From Schmidtea nova (lineage: Eukaryota), in assembly GCA_044892505.1 (NCBI GenBank), contig CM097882.1:417818001-417882000 (forward strand): DNA of 64,000 bases, given 5' to 3'. Shown piece after piece: positions 52,092 through 64,000 of this stretch. The position numbers were made by a program, and so were the translations under genes. Below the pieces are notes generated by a model. That model had not been told where the DNA came from, did not search any database, and saw only the letters and a list, made by a program, of their open reading frames with translations. Position 1 is the first letter of the stretch. The number at the start of each line of letters is the position of its first letter.

Positions 52092-52229
52092 CTCCCGTTT
52101 ATTTCTCACGAGATTTTTAACACTTTATATGTGTCTGATCAAGACTTTAGTGTAAGAATAGATAGACGAAATTTAATTATATACAAGATGGTTTTATTTA
52201 AAATTTAAACTGTTGCGTATTGTGTTGTG

Positions 52230-52786
52230 CACGCGTGTTTTGTAATTAAATTTGTATATTTAACTTACATAAAATATTTTTATTGTATTTTCATTATAAC
52301 ATTGTATGTATAAAATTTAAATGTCTACAAAATGACCTGATTGGAAATTTACTATCTTGGTTTGTTTTAAGACATACATGTTTTGTATTTAAATTTGCAT
52401 TTTTCATATATATAAATTAACTTTAATGAGTTTTACTTGTAATAATATAAATATAAGATTTAAATTTCTACAAAATGGCTTGATTGGTAATTTAGTTTGT
52501 TAGTGTGTTTGTATTACACACATTTTTGTAGTCAAATTTGTATATTTCATCTATTTAAAATGACTTTATTGAGTTTTCATTGTAATCATGTAGAGATAAA
52601 ATTTAAAATTCTACAAAATGGCTTAATTAAAATTTTTTTAAGTTGCTGTTTTTCGTGTTGTATACATGTTTTGTAATTAATTTTAGATTTTTCACATATA
52701 TAAAATTATTTTGTTGAGATTTCATTATAATATTGAACATATAAAATTTAATTTCCTTGAAAATGACTTTATTCAAAATTATGTAT
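52230..52786. repeat. ~143-bp degenerate satellite (unit 4)
   Basis: Copy of 28485-29041. Confidence 0.85.
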
Positions 52787-52979
52787 TGTAATACGATTAC
52801 TAAACGAAAATAATTAGTGAGCACAGCAACTGTTTATTTAATTAAAAATATATTTCAATATATCGATATAAATTACCGCAAAGTAATATGTTAGCGACAA
52901 GAGCTATTGCATAATAGTCTCGTCGTTCAACACTATTACGCAACAGTGTCACAGTATTTTATTGCACATTCAACCGTGA

Positions 52980-55702
52980 TCAGTACGCTGTATCCAAGTC
53001 ATGCTGATCAAGATAAAGTTGCTTCCTCTTATGTCGTCTCGGCCAGTCCTCACGTGTAGCAGCTTCCATCTCCTCACTTGCTCGGTCTGTCTGGGGTTGA
53101 TATTCGAATCTGTCATCAGCAACATCTTCTTCTACTGCTGGTCGGATGTGTAAAATGTGTCGCGATGTTCCATCCACTTCAATGTTTGTGGCAGAATTAA
53201 TTCCGGTTACAATTTCAATGGGCTATTGAGTAGTACACTTTGCCCAGTTGTATATTCACATGTTACTGAGAGTTCATCTTCTTTTCCTCGGTGAAATCTC
53301 CAATGATACTTGAACAACCCTTCTGACGGGGATGTGTCCTGATTGGTGCCATCTCTAGGCGCGGCGTTGTACCATAAGACAATATCTCGGGGATCTGCAT
53401 GACTCCTGGCTGCATGACACTTTATTGTCCGGTGGCTTTTTTTACAATCCAATTTACAGCGGGCCGATAAGCGCATCTGTAGGGTGGCATAACATTCCAT
53501 CTACAACACAGCTCTCTGAGGGAATTAGATTGAAAACTTGATCCATTATCCATCAATAGTTCTGATACTAGGCTTCTCTCTCGAAATACTTCCTCCAAAT
53601 TTCTCAATGTTTGGGGCGTCCTTGTGGTCTATTTTCCTCCATATTGCAAATCTGTTAGGCAAGCAGTCTACCATTGTCATAAATATGGATCTCTCGTAGT
53701 GCGTGACGTCAACCACCAATCTCTTCCAGTTTTCCGTGACTTCCAGTGTACCGTACTTCCAATTAATCGATTCTGTACAGTTTCTCAAGACGTCTTTTTT
53801 CCTGTCTCGATCGGTTTCCGGATTTTCCGATTGAATGAAGTAGATTGATTTTTTTCAAAACCGAAATGGTGTTTGCGATGGCGGTCCTTTATTTGCTCTG
53901 TTGACAGTCTTACACATCCAAAACAATTCCCAGGCTTCAGCCAATTCATTGGAACACGCGTAAAGACATCTGTTCGGTTCTCTGTTGACTTCAATAAACA
54001 TACAGAGATAGTTATATTTTCATCGGCGGTGAGTTCATTGAGTTCTCCAGGCGTTTCAGAAATTACATGGACCCTTATGTTGCTTTTTTTATTCATCGCT
54101 GTTTATAACCAGGTTGTCACGGTGGCCGAATCCACCATCAATTCGATTCTCTTAACTCCCCATTGTATAGCCAAATTAATACCCTTAAGCACCGCATCAA
54201 GTTCTGCAGCATTTATATGAGAGTGGTCATCGCCTTTTCTGAGCCAAGAAACATCATCAACGACATCACCATTTATTACCAGCATAACCCCTAAGACGAA
54301 ACTACTCGAATCACACCACAGAACCTCGCAATCGTTATTTGTTACCGTCCACCTTCCCTTGATTGGATCTTTTGATTTAACACGAGTGATCACTTCTGCC
54401 AGCTTCGATTCGCATTCTTTTCCAATTAGTTCATCCCATTTCGTACCATTTGCAATTTTTTTAATATAACTGAACGCGACTCTGAGCCACCCTGCAACTG
54501 AATAATGTCCAACAAGTTTACCGCAAATAAAGAACAGCATACGACGAGTGATTTCACTTTCGATTGCACCGATATCATTTCCCCTGATTCATGACAGGTG
54601 GCCCGCACGATCACGTTTTATTCTGAGCCCAAGAACCTTTGAGTTTTCTATTGATCCTGCTGGCTTTGTAGTCAAGCCGTATTGAGCTAAGTGATTCACG
54701 ACCTCGTTAACTTGAACTTTGCTTGTGTCAACAGCGATGTCATCAATGTAGTGATCTGTTGCATCTTTGATTCTGGTTGGAATCTTAACACTTTCCTGAG
54801 CACTTGAGACATTATTTTTGAAGAACAGTTGAAGCCGAATCCCAATCCTGTTAAGTAATACAGCTTGTCTTTGTATCGAACATTTTGGTATTCCCAAAGA
54901 TCTTCGCTGAAGTGTAACTGCACATAGGCATTCTTTGAAAATCAAGCACTAACACCTTATCTCCCATTTGTCGACATTTCTTCAAACTTTCGCCTCATAC
55001 ATCACATACTGTCACCCGTGTGACTCCTACCGTAATTATTGAGCTCTCTGAAGTCAATAACCAGTCGGACTTTCCCTTTGTTTTTTTGCATTGCTGCTGA
55101 CAAAAGCAAAATACCATGATCGTCGCTGTTCGCCGGAATCAACCAGTATTCCTTGATCCAGTTCTCGATCTCCTTTTCATGCTCATTTCGCATTTCTGGT
55201 TTTACTGTATATACTGCAACATGGTTTTCAGCAGGACAGGTTTGTTCTTATCGAATGACGCTGAAAAATCGTCATCTTCAATTTTTACTTGATTCTGTTT
55301 CACGATCTGCACTGATGAAACAGCACATCCACCAAATTACACTTCTTCTTTATTACTCCAAACGCATCCAAGAAGTCTGATTGCATCAAGTCCCACAACT
55401 ACGTCAACCCCTGCTACAAGATTTTCCATTATTAAACAATTTACCATAACACATGATCCCCGTACGGATATTCTGCATTGGCTCTCTCCTTTGCAAGGCA
55501 CTCTACGACCATCAACAGAGATGACGTCCCTGGTTTCGCCTCTACTTTTCGTAAGCCGCATGGATGCTATTGTTTGGGAGCATCCAGGATCAACCAATCC
55601 AACTCACCACTTTCCATTCACCTTGAGCTTGACTATCCCCTAAGCCATTCCCGACATTATTGAGAAACCGCTGGCGCTACAGTTTCTCTTCTGGCGTTTC
55701 CC
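52980..55702 (-). pseudogene. pol: pol pseudogene (unit 4)
   Basis: Same fragments; IVFWY>IVLWY. Confidence 0.92.
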
Positions 55703-56298
55703 TGTGATCTTTTTGGACATTGTCCGGACGAGTGCTCTGTGTTCCTACATGTCCAACATTCTTGCTTAGGACATTTTTTCAAGTAGTGTCCAGGTCTCCC
55801 ACAACCGTAACAGAGTCTACTTTCCATTCTATTATTGTTAGGCGATGTCTTTGACGCGACCAGTCCGACCGACATGGAATGTTCTGATAACAGAGCATGA
55901 GCTTGCCGAACTATTTCTGTAAGGCTCATTTCATGAATTTTTTCCGAGGCTCTCATCTGTTGGGATTCTGGCAATGGCAAACCTGTAACAAATGCCCTCT
56001 TGATCAGATTATCTTCTTGAATGCCAGCCACTGTGATCAATTGCTTTAAATCCGCGAGGAAGTCGTCCACCAGCTCCCCTTTCCATGACTTATTTAAAAA
56101 TTTATCATAGGTCTGGAAACCGTCCATTAAAAATGTGTCTAACAGCACCTTTTGATTGCATTACAGCAACGCTTATCTTTTTCCATCAAATGATCGTAGA
56201 CAAAAAATGCAGGCCCCTCTAACGACAACGTTAGCACAAGTGATATATCGATAATACACCTATTCATCATAGGGCTTTATAAATTTTTGTAATTCCAT
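55657..56298 (-). pseudogene. gag: gag pseudogene (unit 4)
   Basis: Identical translation to unit 1. Confidence 0.92.
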
Positions 56299-57322
56299 TA
56301 CCACGATAGCTTGTAGGACGATTTTTAAACGAAAAGAATTAGTGAGCACAACAACTGCTTATTTAATTAAAACTAGATTTCAATATATCGATATAAATTA
56401 CCGCAACGTTAGCGACAAGAGGTATTGCACAATAGTCTCGTCATTCAACACTATTACGCAACAGTGTCGCAGTATTTTCTTGCACATGTATGTCGATATG
56501 TTTGTAATGCACACATATTTTGTAATAAAATTTGTATATTTTATTTATATTTAATAATTTCATAAAGTTTTCATTGTAATATTGTATGTGAAATTTTAAA
56601 TACCACAACGTATGAAAACCCGAGTCATCAACAAAATTATATAATTACCGGAGAAATTGGATGATCTAGAGGAAGCCCGGATGAGCAGCAGATAAACCAA
56701 TTACCCTGAACAAAAATTAATTATCAGTAAACACGAATGAAAATAGAAAACCCAAGCGGTAAGGAGAACCAAAACCTAAATTATATAATTAGCTTTTTTA
56801 GACTAATTGATCGAGAGGTGTTGACCAATAATTCAATCAAAAAATACTATCAAAAGAGAAGCAAGTTAAGTATTATTGCCACTTGGTCAAAGACAGATTT
56901 CTTTGAGTTATTCAAAGGGTTAGCTACAGATTTTCACTCATCAAATCAATTATCGCGTACAAGAAAAGGGATCTCCTATTGGAAGACCTACCCCTATCGC
57001 AGAAAAGTACCGATTGGTTAAAAAGGGTTAGCGATATTATAATTGTGGAGTGAAAATTAAAAATTATTGTGTTAGGTGATTTGTATTGATTTTATTGAAA
57101 GGAGCACGAAGAGTCAGAAATTTATAGACCTAATAATAAACCCAACACTTGTATGTTAATAAATATTATGTTTTCATTTGATTTTTTACTTTGTAATATG
57201 TCTCATATGATACCCATTCAAATAAAGTCATTTAAATTTCGTTAAAGACAGAAAATGTAGACAGAAAATTTCTTTTAATTAAATAATTTGTTAGATTAAA
57301 TAGATAATTGTATACATTAAAT

Positions 57323-57708
57323 AAAGGGTGGCCAACTCCAATGATCTTGCAGACCACATATAAAATTATATATCACCATATTAGATTTAAATACACTATA
57401 AACATTTTTTTTCATTGTAAATAGAAACATGAGTTATTATTATTTTGTTTACTATTATCCTTACATGTAAAATAGATAATATAATAATGATACTATTTTC
57501 TTCCACTATTCGTCTTTTCTTTGCTGTCATACTTCATATTACCGAAAATACACTGAAAATGTTTGTTTATCGATACAATTAAAATGTTTAAATTACCCTG
57601 GCCTTTATAAAATAAATATATTTTGTAAAAGTGTGATGAATCTCGCGGGCCAAAAAGTGTTGAAGGCGGGCCGAGTGCGGCCCACGGGCCGTGGGATGGC
57701 CAACCCTG
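57323..57708. mobile_element. hAT-type MITE (unit 5)
   Basis: Copy of 25663-26048. Confidence 0.8.
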
Positions 57709-59595
57709 TATTAAATAGATTTAAAAATGTATAAATAGATAATTATCGACATTGATTGATAAGTTTTTAAATAAGTAAAAGCAGGATATACTATTGCATT
57801 GAACTAAAAAAAGTATTTTTTTTATTGTTTTATGCGTTGAAAATATACATGCAGCGAAATAAGTAATTTCAAAATCCAAGTAAACACCAAATAATACAAA
57901 GTATAAACATAATACAATAAGTTTAATAAACATGATCATTTAAAATATAAAATGCAAACTATGACAAGCGCCGACACAATAGGTATACAAACGGCTTATC
58001 ATAAGTTGCTCAGGATAAGAAAAACAATAAAAAAGACCACATGAAAATTGAATTTTTGAAATATTATTGATGGTGTTGAGTAAAAACAAAACCAAACTAA
58101 TTTTTGTGTAACAGTAGTGGAAACATACCTTGAAGAAGTCGCGCACAAAGTGAATTTATAGTTCTAAGCAGAAACTTTAAATAAACAAAAAACTAACAAT
58201 TTGTTTGCGTGTATGGGCTGTTACGAAAAAATATTTGGTCTCTAAGGATTACTATAACCCACGCCATATCATAAATATTAACTACCTCACTCATGTACCC
58301 ATATTTACTCCTTGGCAAACTATGTTGGTAATGTACACAGTGGCGAAAATCTAGTGAGTAAGTGAGTTTCGCTGCTAAAACTACTCAATAAATTCTCTCT
58401 TTCAAGTTCCTTCTGCCGATAGAAAAACTTACGCACCTATCTATTTTACGGTCATGACGGATTATTAATTCTTAGCGTCCTATCACTTAATGTTATCTCA
58501 GATCTACGTTTATTTATTCCCAAAAATATCTGAATAATCATCCTGCTTATATATTCCTTAATTGTTCAATACTACTCTCAATGACCTCAAATTTACCCCT
58601 TTAATTATTATATACCACGGCTTTCACCTCGCATTCGCCTGGCGAATTGTAGGACTAAGGCTTCGTGGGAAACCATCGGTGAAATCACAACACACGATCT
58701 CATAATTATTAATTAAGTTTAGGGAAAATCAAATTGAACAGAGCTTGAACAAAATAAAATCACATTTAAAATGTTTTTGAGTAAAATCACTTTATTACAC
58801 CTTACACAGAAATAAAGTATACTTGAATAGTCCTGCAAACTGTTCCACTTGAATAACAAAATACAATGACTGCTGCTGGCTGGTAGAATAAAATTGCTCT
58901 CCGTGAAAAAAGAAATCAAAATATTGAAAATGGAAAAAAGTTAAATTGTAGTTTTGTGTTGTCTTATGATTTTTCGGCGTCTATTTAGATTAATTCTAAA
59001 TGACGTCTACTCATTCTATTCATTAAATCAAAATATTTGTAATTTGATTTATATAATTAGTTTAAAATTTAAATTATTTTTTAATAAATAAATAAATTAT
59101 TTATTTTTGTAACATTTTATTTTATAATTTATTTTTTAAATATTTATTTTTAATTCTATTAATTAATGTGTGCATGTACTTTTTGCACGCTTTAATTGAT
59201 TAATTAAAACAATCAAATTTTATTTCAATTTTATTTTCATTCCTATCTCCGTAATTTTGCCGACATTTTAATATATATTTTTCTATAATATTTAATAAAT
59301 TATTCTCTTTATTCTAATACCGATTTTATTCTTTGATCATGCTTTTTGTTTTCTATATATTGTTAGGTTGTTGACCATCAATATGACCTTGACGATGGTA
59401 TGGCTCATCATCAACAACTCAACACATAAAACATTAGCTAACCATCTTATTGCCCGCTATAAAATAACGTTGGTGATGCAACAAATAGATAGACATCCGC
59501 AAACAGTGAGCGTCGAAAATATTAGAATGACCGAATGTGACAATGGGTTCAAGGGCGCCCGATAGAAGGTTCTTTGCCAATTTTTACCTATACTT

Positions 59596-60006
59596 AGTAG
59601 GGGGAAGTGTGGACGGGAGCACAAAACATATGACGTCATCGCATGTGTACATCCAATTTAAATGAAGACCCCCGGGCAGTAGTTTTTTTTGCATAATCCC
59701 CCAAATTTGTTTTGCACACACACGATGAGTCATTAAAATTTATGTTTTATTTTTAAAGTCATTTTAAAGACAAACAATGAGATCAACTTAAGTTCAAGGT
59801 CGAGGTCATCTTGGGGTCAAAGTCGACTTAAGGTAAAGGTCATTTGAGATTATCATAAGGTCATATTTTTAAAATTCAAAATTTTCGACAAAACTTTAAA
59901 ATTTAAAAAACTTTAAAAAATTCAAAAATTCAAAAAACTTAAAATTTTTCAAAATTAAAAATAAGAGGGAGGAATATACACTTCCCGCTCCACACTTCCT
60001 CTTACT
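59596..60006. mobile_element. 411-bp TIR element (unit 5)
   Basis: Copy of 27936-28346. Confidence 0.45.
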
Positions 60007-60144
60007 CTCCCGTTTATTTCTCACGAGATTTTTAACACTTTATATGTGTCTGATCAAGACTTTAGTGTAAGAATAGATAGACGAAATTTAATTATATACA
60101 AGATGGTTTTATTTAAAATTTAAACTGTTGCGTATTGTGTTGTG

Positions 60145-60701
60145 CACGCGTGTTTTGTAATTAAATTTGTATATTTAACTTACATAAAATATTTTTATTG
60201 TATTTTCATTATAACATTGTATGTATAAAATTTAAATGTCTACAAAATGACCTGATTGGAAATTTACTATCTTGGTTTGTTTTAAGACATACATGTTTTG
60301 TATTTAAATTTGCATTTTTCATATATATAAATTAACTTTAATGAGTTTTACTTGTAATAATATAAATATAAGATTTAAATTTCTACAAAATGGCTTGATT
60401 GGTAATTTAGTTTGTTAGTGTGTTTGTATTACACACATTTTTGTAGTCAAATTTGTATATTTCATCTATTTAAAATGACTTTATTGAGTTTTCATTGTAA
60501 TCATGTAGAGATAAAATTTAAAATTCTACAAAATGGCTTAATTAAAATTTTTTTAAGTTGCTGTTTTTCGTGTTGTATACATGTTTTGTAATTAATTTTA
60601 GATTTTTCACATATATAAAATTATTTTGTTGAGATTTCATTATAATATTGAACATATAAAATTTAATTTCCTTGAAAATGACTTTATTCAAAATTATGTA
60701 T
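60145..60701. repeat. ~143-bp degenerate satellite (unit 5)
   Basis: Copy of 28485-29041. Confidence 0.85.
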
Positions 60702-60894
60702 TGTAATACGATTACTAAACGAAAATAATTAGTGAGCACAGCAACTGTTTATTTAATTAAAAATATATTTCAATATATCGATATAAATTACCGCAAAGTA
60801 ATATGTTAGCGACAAGAGCTATTGCATAATAGTCTCGTCGTTCAACACTATTACGCAACAGTGTCACAGTATTTTATTGCACATTCAACCGTGA

Positions 60895-63617
60895 TCAGTA
60901 CGCTGTATCCAAGTCATGCTGATCAAGATAAAGTTGCTTCCTCTTATGTCGTCTCGGCCAGTCCTCACGTGTAGCAGCTTCCATCTCCTCACTTGCTCGG
61001 TCTGTCTGGGGTTGATATTCGAATCTGTCATCAGCAACATCTTCTTCTACTGCTGGTCGGATGTGTAAAATGTGTCGCGATGTTCCATCCACTTCAATGT
61101 TTGTGGCAGAATTAATTCCGGTTACAATTTCAATGGGCTATTGAGTAGTACACTTTGCCCAGTTGTATATTCACATGTTACTGAGAGTTCATCTTCTTTT
61201 CCTCGGTGAAATCTCCAATGATACTTGAACAACCCTTCTGACGGGGATGTGTCCTGATTGGTGCCATCTCTAGGCGCGGCGTTGTACCAGAAGACAATAT
61301 CTCGGGGATCTGCATGACTCCTGGCTGCATGACACTTTATTGTCCGGTGGCTTTTTTTACAATCCAATTTACAGCGGGCCGATAAGCGCATCTGTAGGGT
61401 GGCATAACATTCCATCTACAACACAGCTCTCTGAGGGAATTAGATTGAAAACTTGATCCATTATCCATCAATAGTTCTGATACTAGGCTTCTCTCTCGAA
61501 ATACTTCCTCCAAATTTCTCAATGTTTGGGGCGTCCTTGTGGTCTATTTTCCTCCATATTGCAAATCTGTTAGGCAAGCAGTCTACCATTGTCATAAATA
61601 TGGATCTCTCGTAGTGCGTGACGTCAACCACCAATCTCTTCCAGTTTTCCGTGACTTCCAGTGTACCGTACTTCCAATTAATCGATTCTGTACAGTTTCT
61701 CAAGACGTCTTTTTTCCTGTCTCGATCGGTTTCCGGATTTTCCGATTGAATGAAGTAGATTGATTTTTTTCAAAACCGAAATGGTGTTTGCGATGGCGGT
61801 CCTTTATTTGCTCTGTTGACAGTCTTACACATCCAAAACAATTCCCAGGCTTCAGCCAATTCATTGGAACACGCGTAAAGACATCTGTTCGGTTCTCTGT
61901 TGACTTCAATAAACATACAGAGATAGTTATATTTTCATCGGCGGTGAGTTCATTGAGTTCTCCAGGCGTTTCAGAAATTACATGGACCCTTATGTTGCTT
62001 TTTTTATTCATCGCTGTTTATAACCAGGTTGTCACGGTGGCCGAATCCACCATCAATTCGATTCTCTTAACTCCCCATTGTATAGCCAAATTAATACCCT
62101 TAAGCACCGCATCAAGTTCTGCAGCATTTATATGAGAGTGGTCATCGCCTTTTCTGAGCCAAGAAACATCATCAACGACATCACCATTTATTACCAGCAT
62201 AACCCCTAAGACGAAACTACTCGAATCACACCACAGAACCTCGCAATCGTTATTTGTTACCGTCCACCTTCCCTTGATTGGATCTTTTGATTTAACACGA
62301 GTGATCACTTCTGCCAGCTTCGATTCGCATTCTTTTCCAATTAGTTCATCCCATTTCGTACCATTTGCAATTTTTTTAATATAACTGAACGCGACTCTGA
62401 GCCACCCTGCAACTGAATAATGTCCAACAAGTTTACCGCAAATAAAGAACAGCATACGACGAGTGATTTCACTTTCGATTGCACCGATATCATTTCCCCT
62501 GATTCATGACAGGTGGCCCGCACGATCACGTTTTATTCTGAGCCCAAGAACCTTTGAGTTTTCTATTGATCCTGCTGGCTTTGTAGTCAAGCCGTATTGA
62601 GCTAAGTGATTCACGACCTCGTTAACTTGAACTTTGCTTGTGTCAACAGCGATGTCATCAATGTAGTGATCTGTTGCATCTTTGATTCTGGTTGGAATCT
62701 TAACACTTTCCTGAGCACTTGAGACATTATTTTTGAAGAACAGTTGAAGCCGAATCCCAATCCTGTTAAGTAATACAGCTTGTCTTTGTATCGAACATTT
62801 TGGTATTCCCAAAGATCTTCGCTGAAGTGTAACTGCACATAGGCATTCTTTGAAAATCAAGCACTAACACCTTATCTCCCATTTGTCGACATTTCTTCAA
62901 ACTTTCGCCTCATACATCACATACTGTCACCCGTGTGACTCCTACCGTAATTATTGAGCTCTCTGAAGTCAATAACCAGTCGGACTTTCCCTTTGTTTTT
63001 TTGCATTGCTGCTGACAAAAGCAAAATACCATGATCGTCGCTGTTCGCCGGAATCAACCAGTATTCCTTGATCCAGTTCTCGATCTCCTTTTCATGCTCA
63101 TTTCGCATTTCTGGTTTTACTGTATATACTGCAACATGGTTTTCAGCAGGACAGGTTTGTTCTTATCGAATGACGCTGAAAAATCGTCATCTTCAATTTT
63201 TACTTGATTCTGTTTCACGATCTGCACTGATGAAACAGCACATCCACCAAATTACACTTCTTCTTTATTACTCCAAACGCATCCAAGAAGTCTGATTGCA
63301 TCAAGTCCCACAACTACGTCAACCCCTGCTACAAGATTTTCCATTATTAAACAATTTACCATAACACATGATCCCCGTACGGATATTCTGCATTGGCTCT
63401 CTCCTTTGCAAGGCACTCTACGACCATCAACAGAGATGACGTCCCTGGTTTCGCCTCTACTTTTCGTAAGCCGCATGGATGCTATTGTTTGGGAGCATCC
63501 AGGATCAACCAATCCAACTCACCACTTTCCATTCACCTTGAGCTTGACTATCCCCTAAGCCATTCCCGACATTATTGAGAAACCGCTGGCGCTACAGTTT
63601 CTCTTCTGGCGTTTCCC
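60895..63617 (-). pseudogene. pol: pol pseudogene (unit 5)
   Basis: Identical translations to unit 1. Confidence 0.92.
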
Positions 63618-64000
63618 TGTGATCTTTTTGGACATTGTCCGGACGAGTGCTCTGTGTTCCTACATGTCCAACATTCTTGCTTAGGACATTTTTTCAAGTA
63701 GTGTCCAGGTCTCCCACAACCGTAACAGAGTCTACTTTCCATTCTATTATTGTTAGGCGATGTCTTTGACGCGACCAGTCCGACCGACATGGAATGTTCT
63801 GATAACAGAGCATGAGCTTGCCGAACTATTTCTGTAAGGCTCATTTCATGAATTTTTTCCGAGGCTCTCATCTGTTGGGATTCTGGCAATGGCAAACCTG
63901 TAACAAATGCCCTCTTGATCAGATTATCTTCTTGAATGCCAGCCACTGTGATCAATTGCTTTAAATCCGCGAGGAAGTCGTCCACCAGCTCCCCTTTCCA
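63572..64000 (-). pseudogene. gag: gag pseudogene, C-terminal part (unit 5)
   Basis: Two CCHC knuckles; truncated by the window end. Confidence 0.9.

Larger units (their letters stand above)
52787..56486 (-). mobile_element. Decayed Ty3/Gypsy-like LTR retrotransposon (unit 4)
   Basis: Copy of 29042-32741; G>T at 53375 and private C>T at 56325. Confidence 0.95.
25605..64000. repeat. Head-to-tail tandem array (macrosatellite) of a 7,915-bp unit, about 4.85 copies in the window
   Basis: Every ORF recurs at exactly +7915 (e.g. 26061, 33976, 41891, 49806, 57721). Homology starts at AAAATTTC 25605/33520. Units: 25605-33519, 33520-41434, 41435-49349, 49350-57264, 57265-end. Confidence 0.98.
60702..64000 (-). 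mobile_element. Decayed Ty3/Gypsy-like LTR retrotransposon (unit 5, cut by the window edge)
   Basis: Copy of the element; the 5' LTR is predicted at 64227-64401, outside the window. Confidence 0.93.

Overview
AT-rich, repeat-dominated eukaryotic DNA, probably from an invertebrate animal (it carries a nuclear receptor remnant and Penelope, MULE, Tc1, hAT and Gypsy debris). I found no intact host gene, rRNA, tRNA or CRISPR array. Part 1 (1-25604) is a gapped scaffold with five N runs. It holds a palindromic foldback family, MULE-SWIM and Tc1/mariner remnants, nuclear receptor and histone H2A pseudogene fragments, and a 5'-truncated Penelope-like element (GIY-YIG) capped by a 202-bp palindrome. 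It also holds five minimal hammerhead ribozyme motifs, two of them as an inverted pair. Part 2 (25605-64000) is a gapless head-to-tail array of an exact 7,915-bp unit: four full copies plus a fifth cut by the window edge, with only four variant sites found and no net indels. Each unit carries a hAT MITE, a 411-bp TIR element, a ~143-bp degenerate satellite and a complete but dead 3.7-kb Ty3/Gypsy-like LTR retrotransposon. The retrotransposon has TG..CA LTRs about 8% diverged, a TGTAT target-site duplication and a -1 frameshift signal, and it is inserted inside the satellite. The best candidate for a new system is this young macrosatellite, which amplified an old dead retroelement by a non-retrotransposition route and has an 11-bp duplication at its unit junction. 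All alignments were done by eye; no database searches were run.
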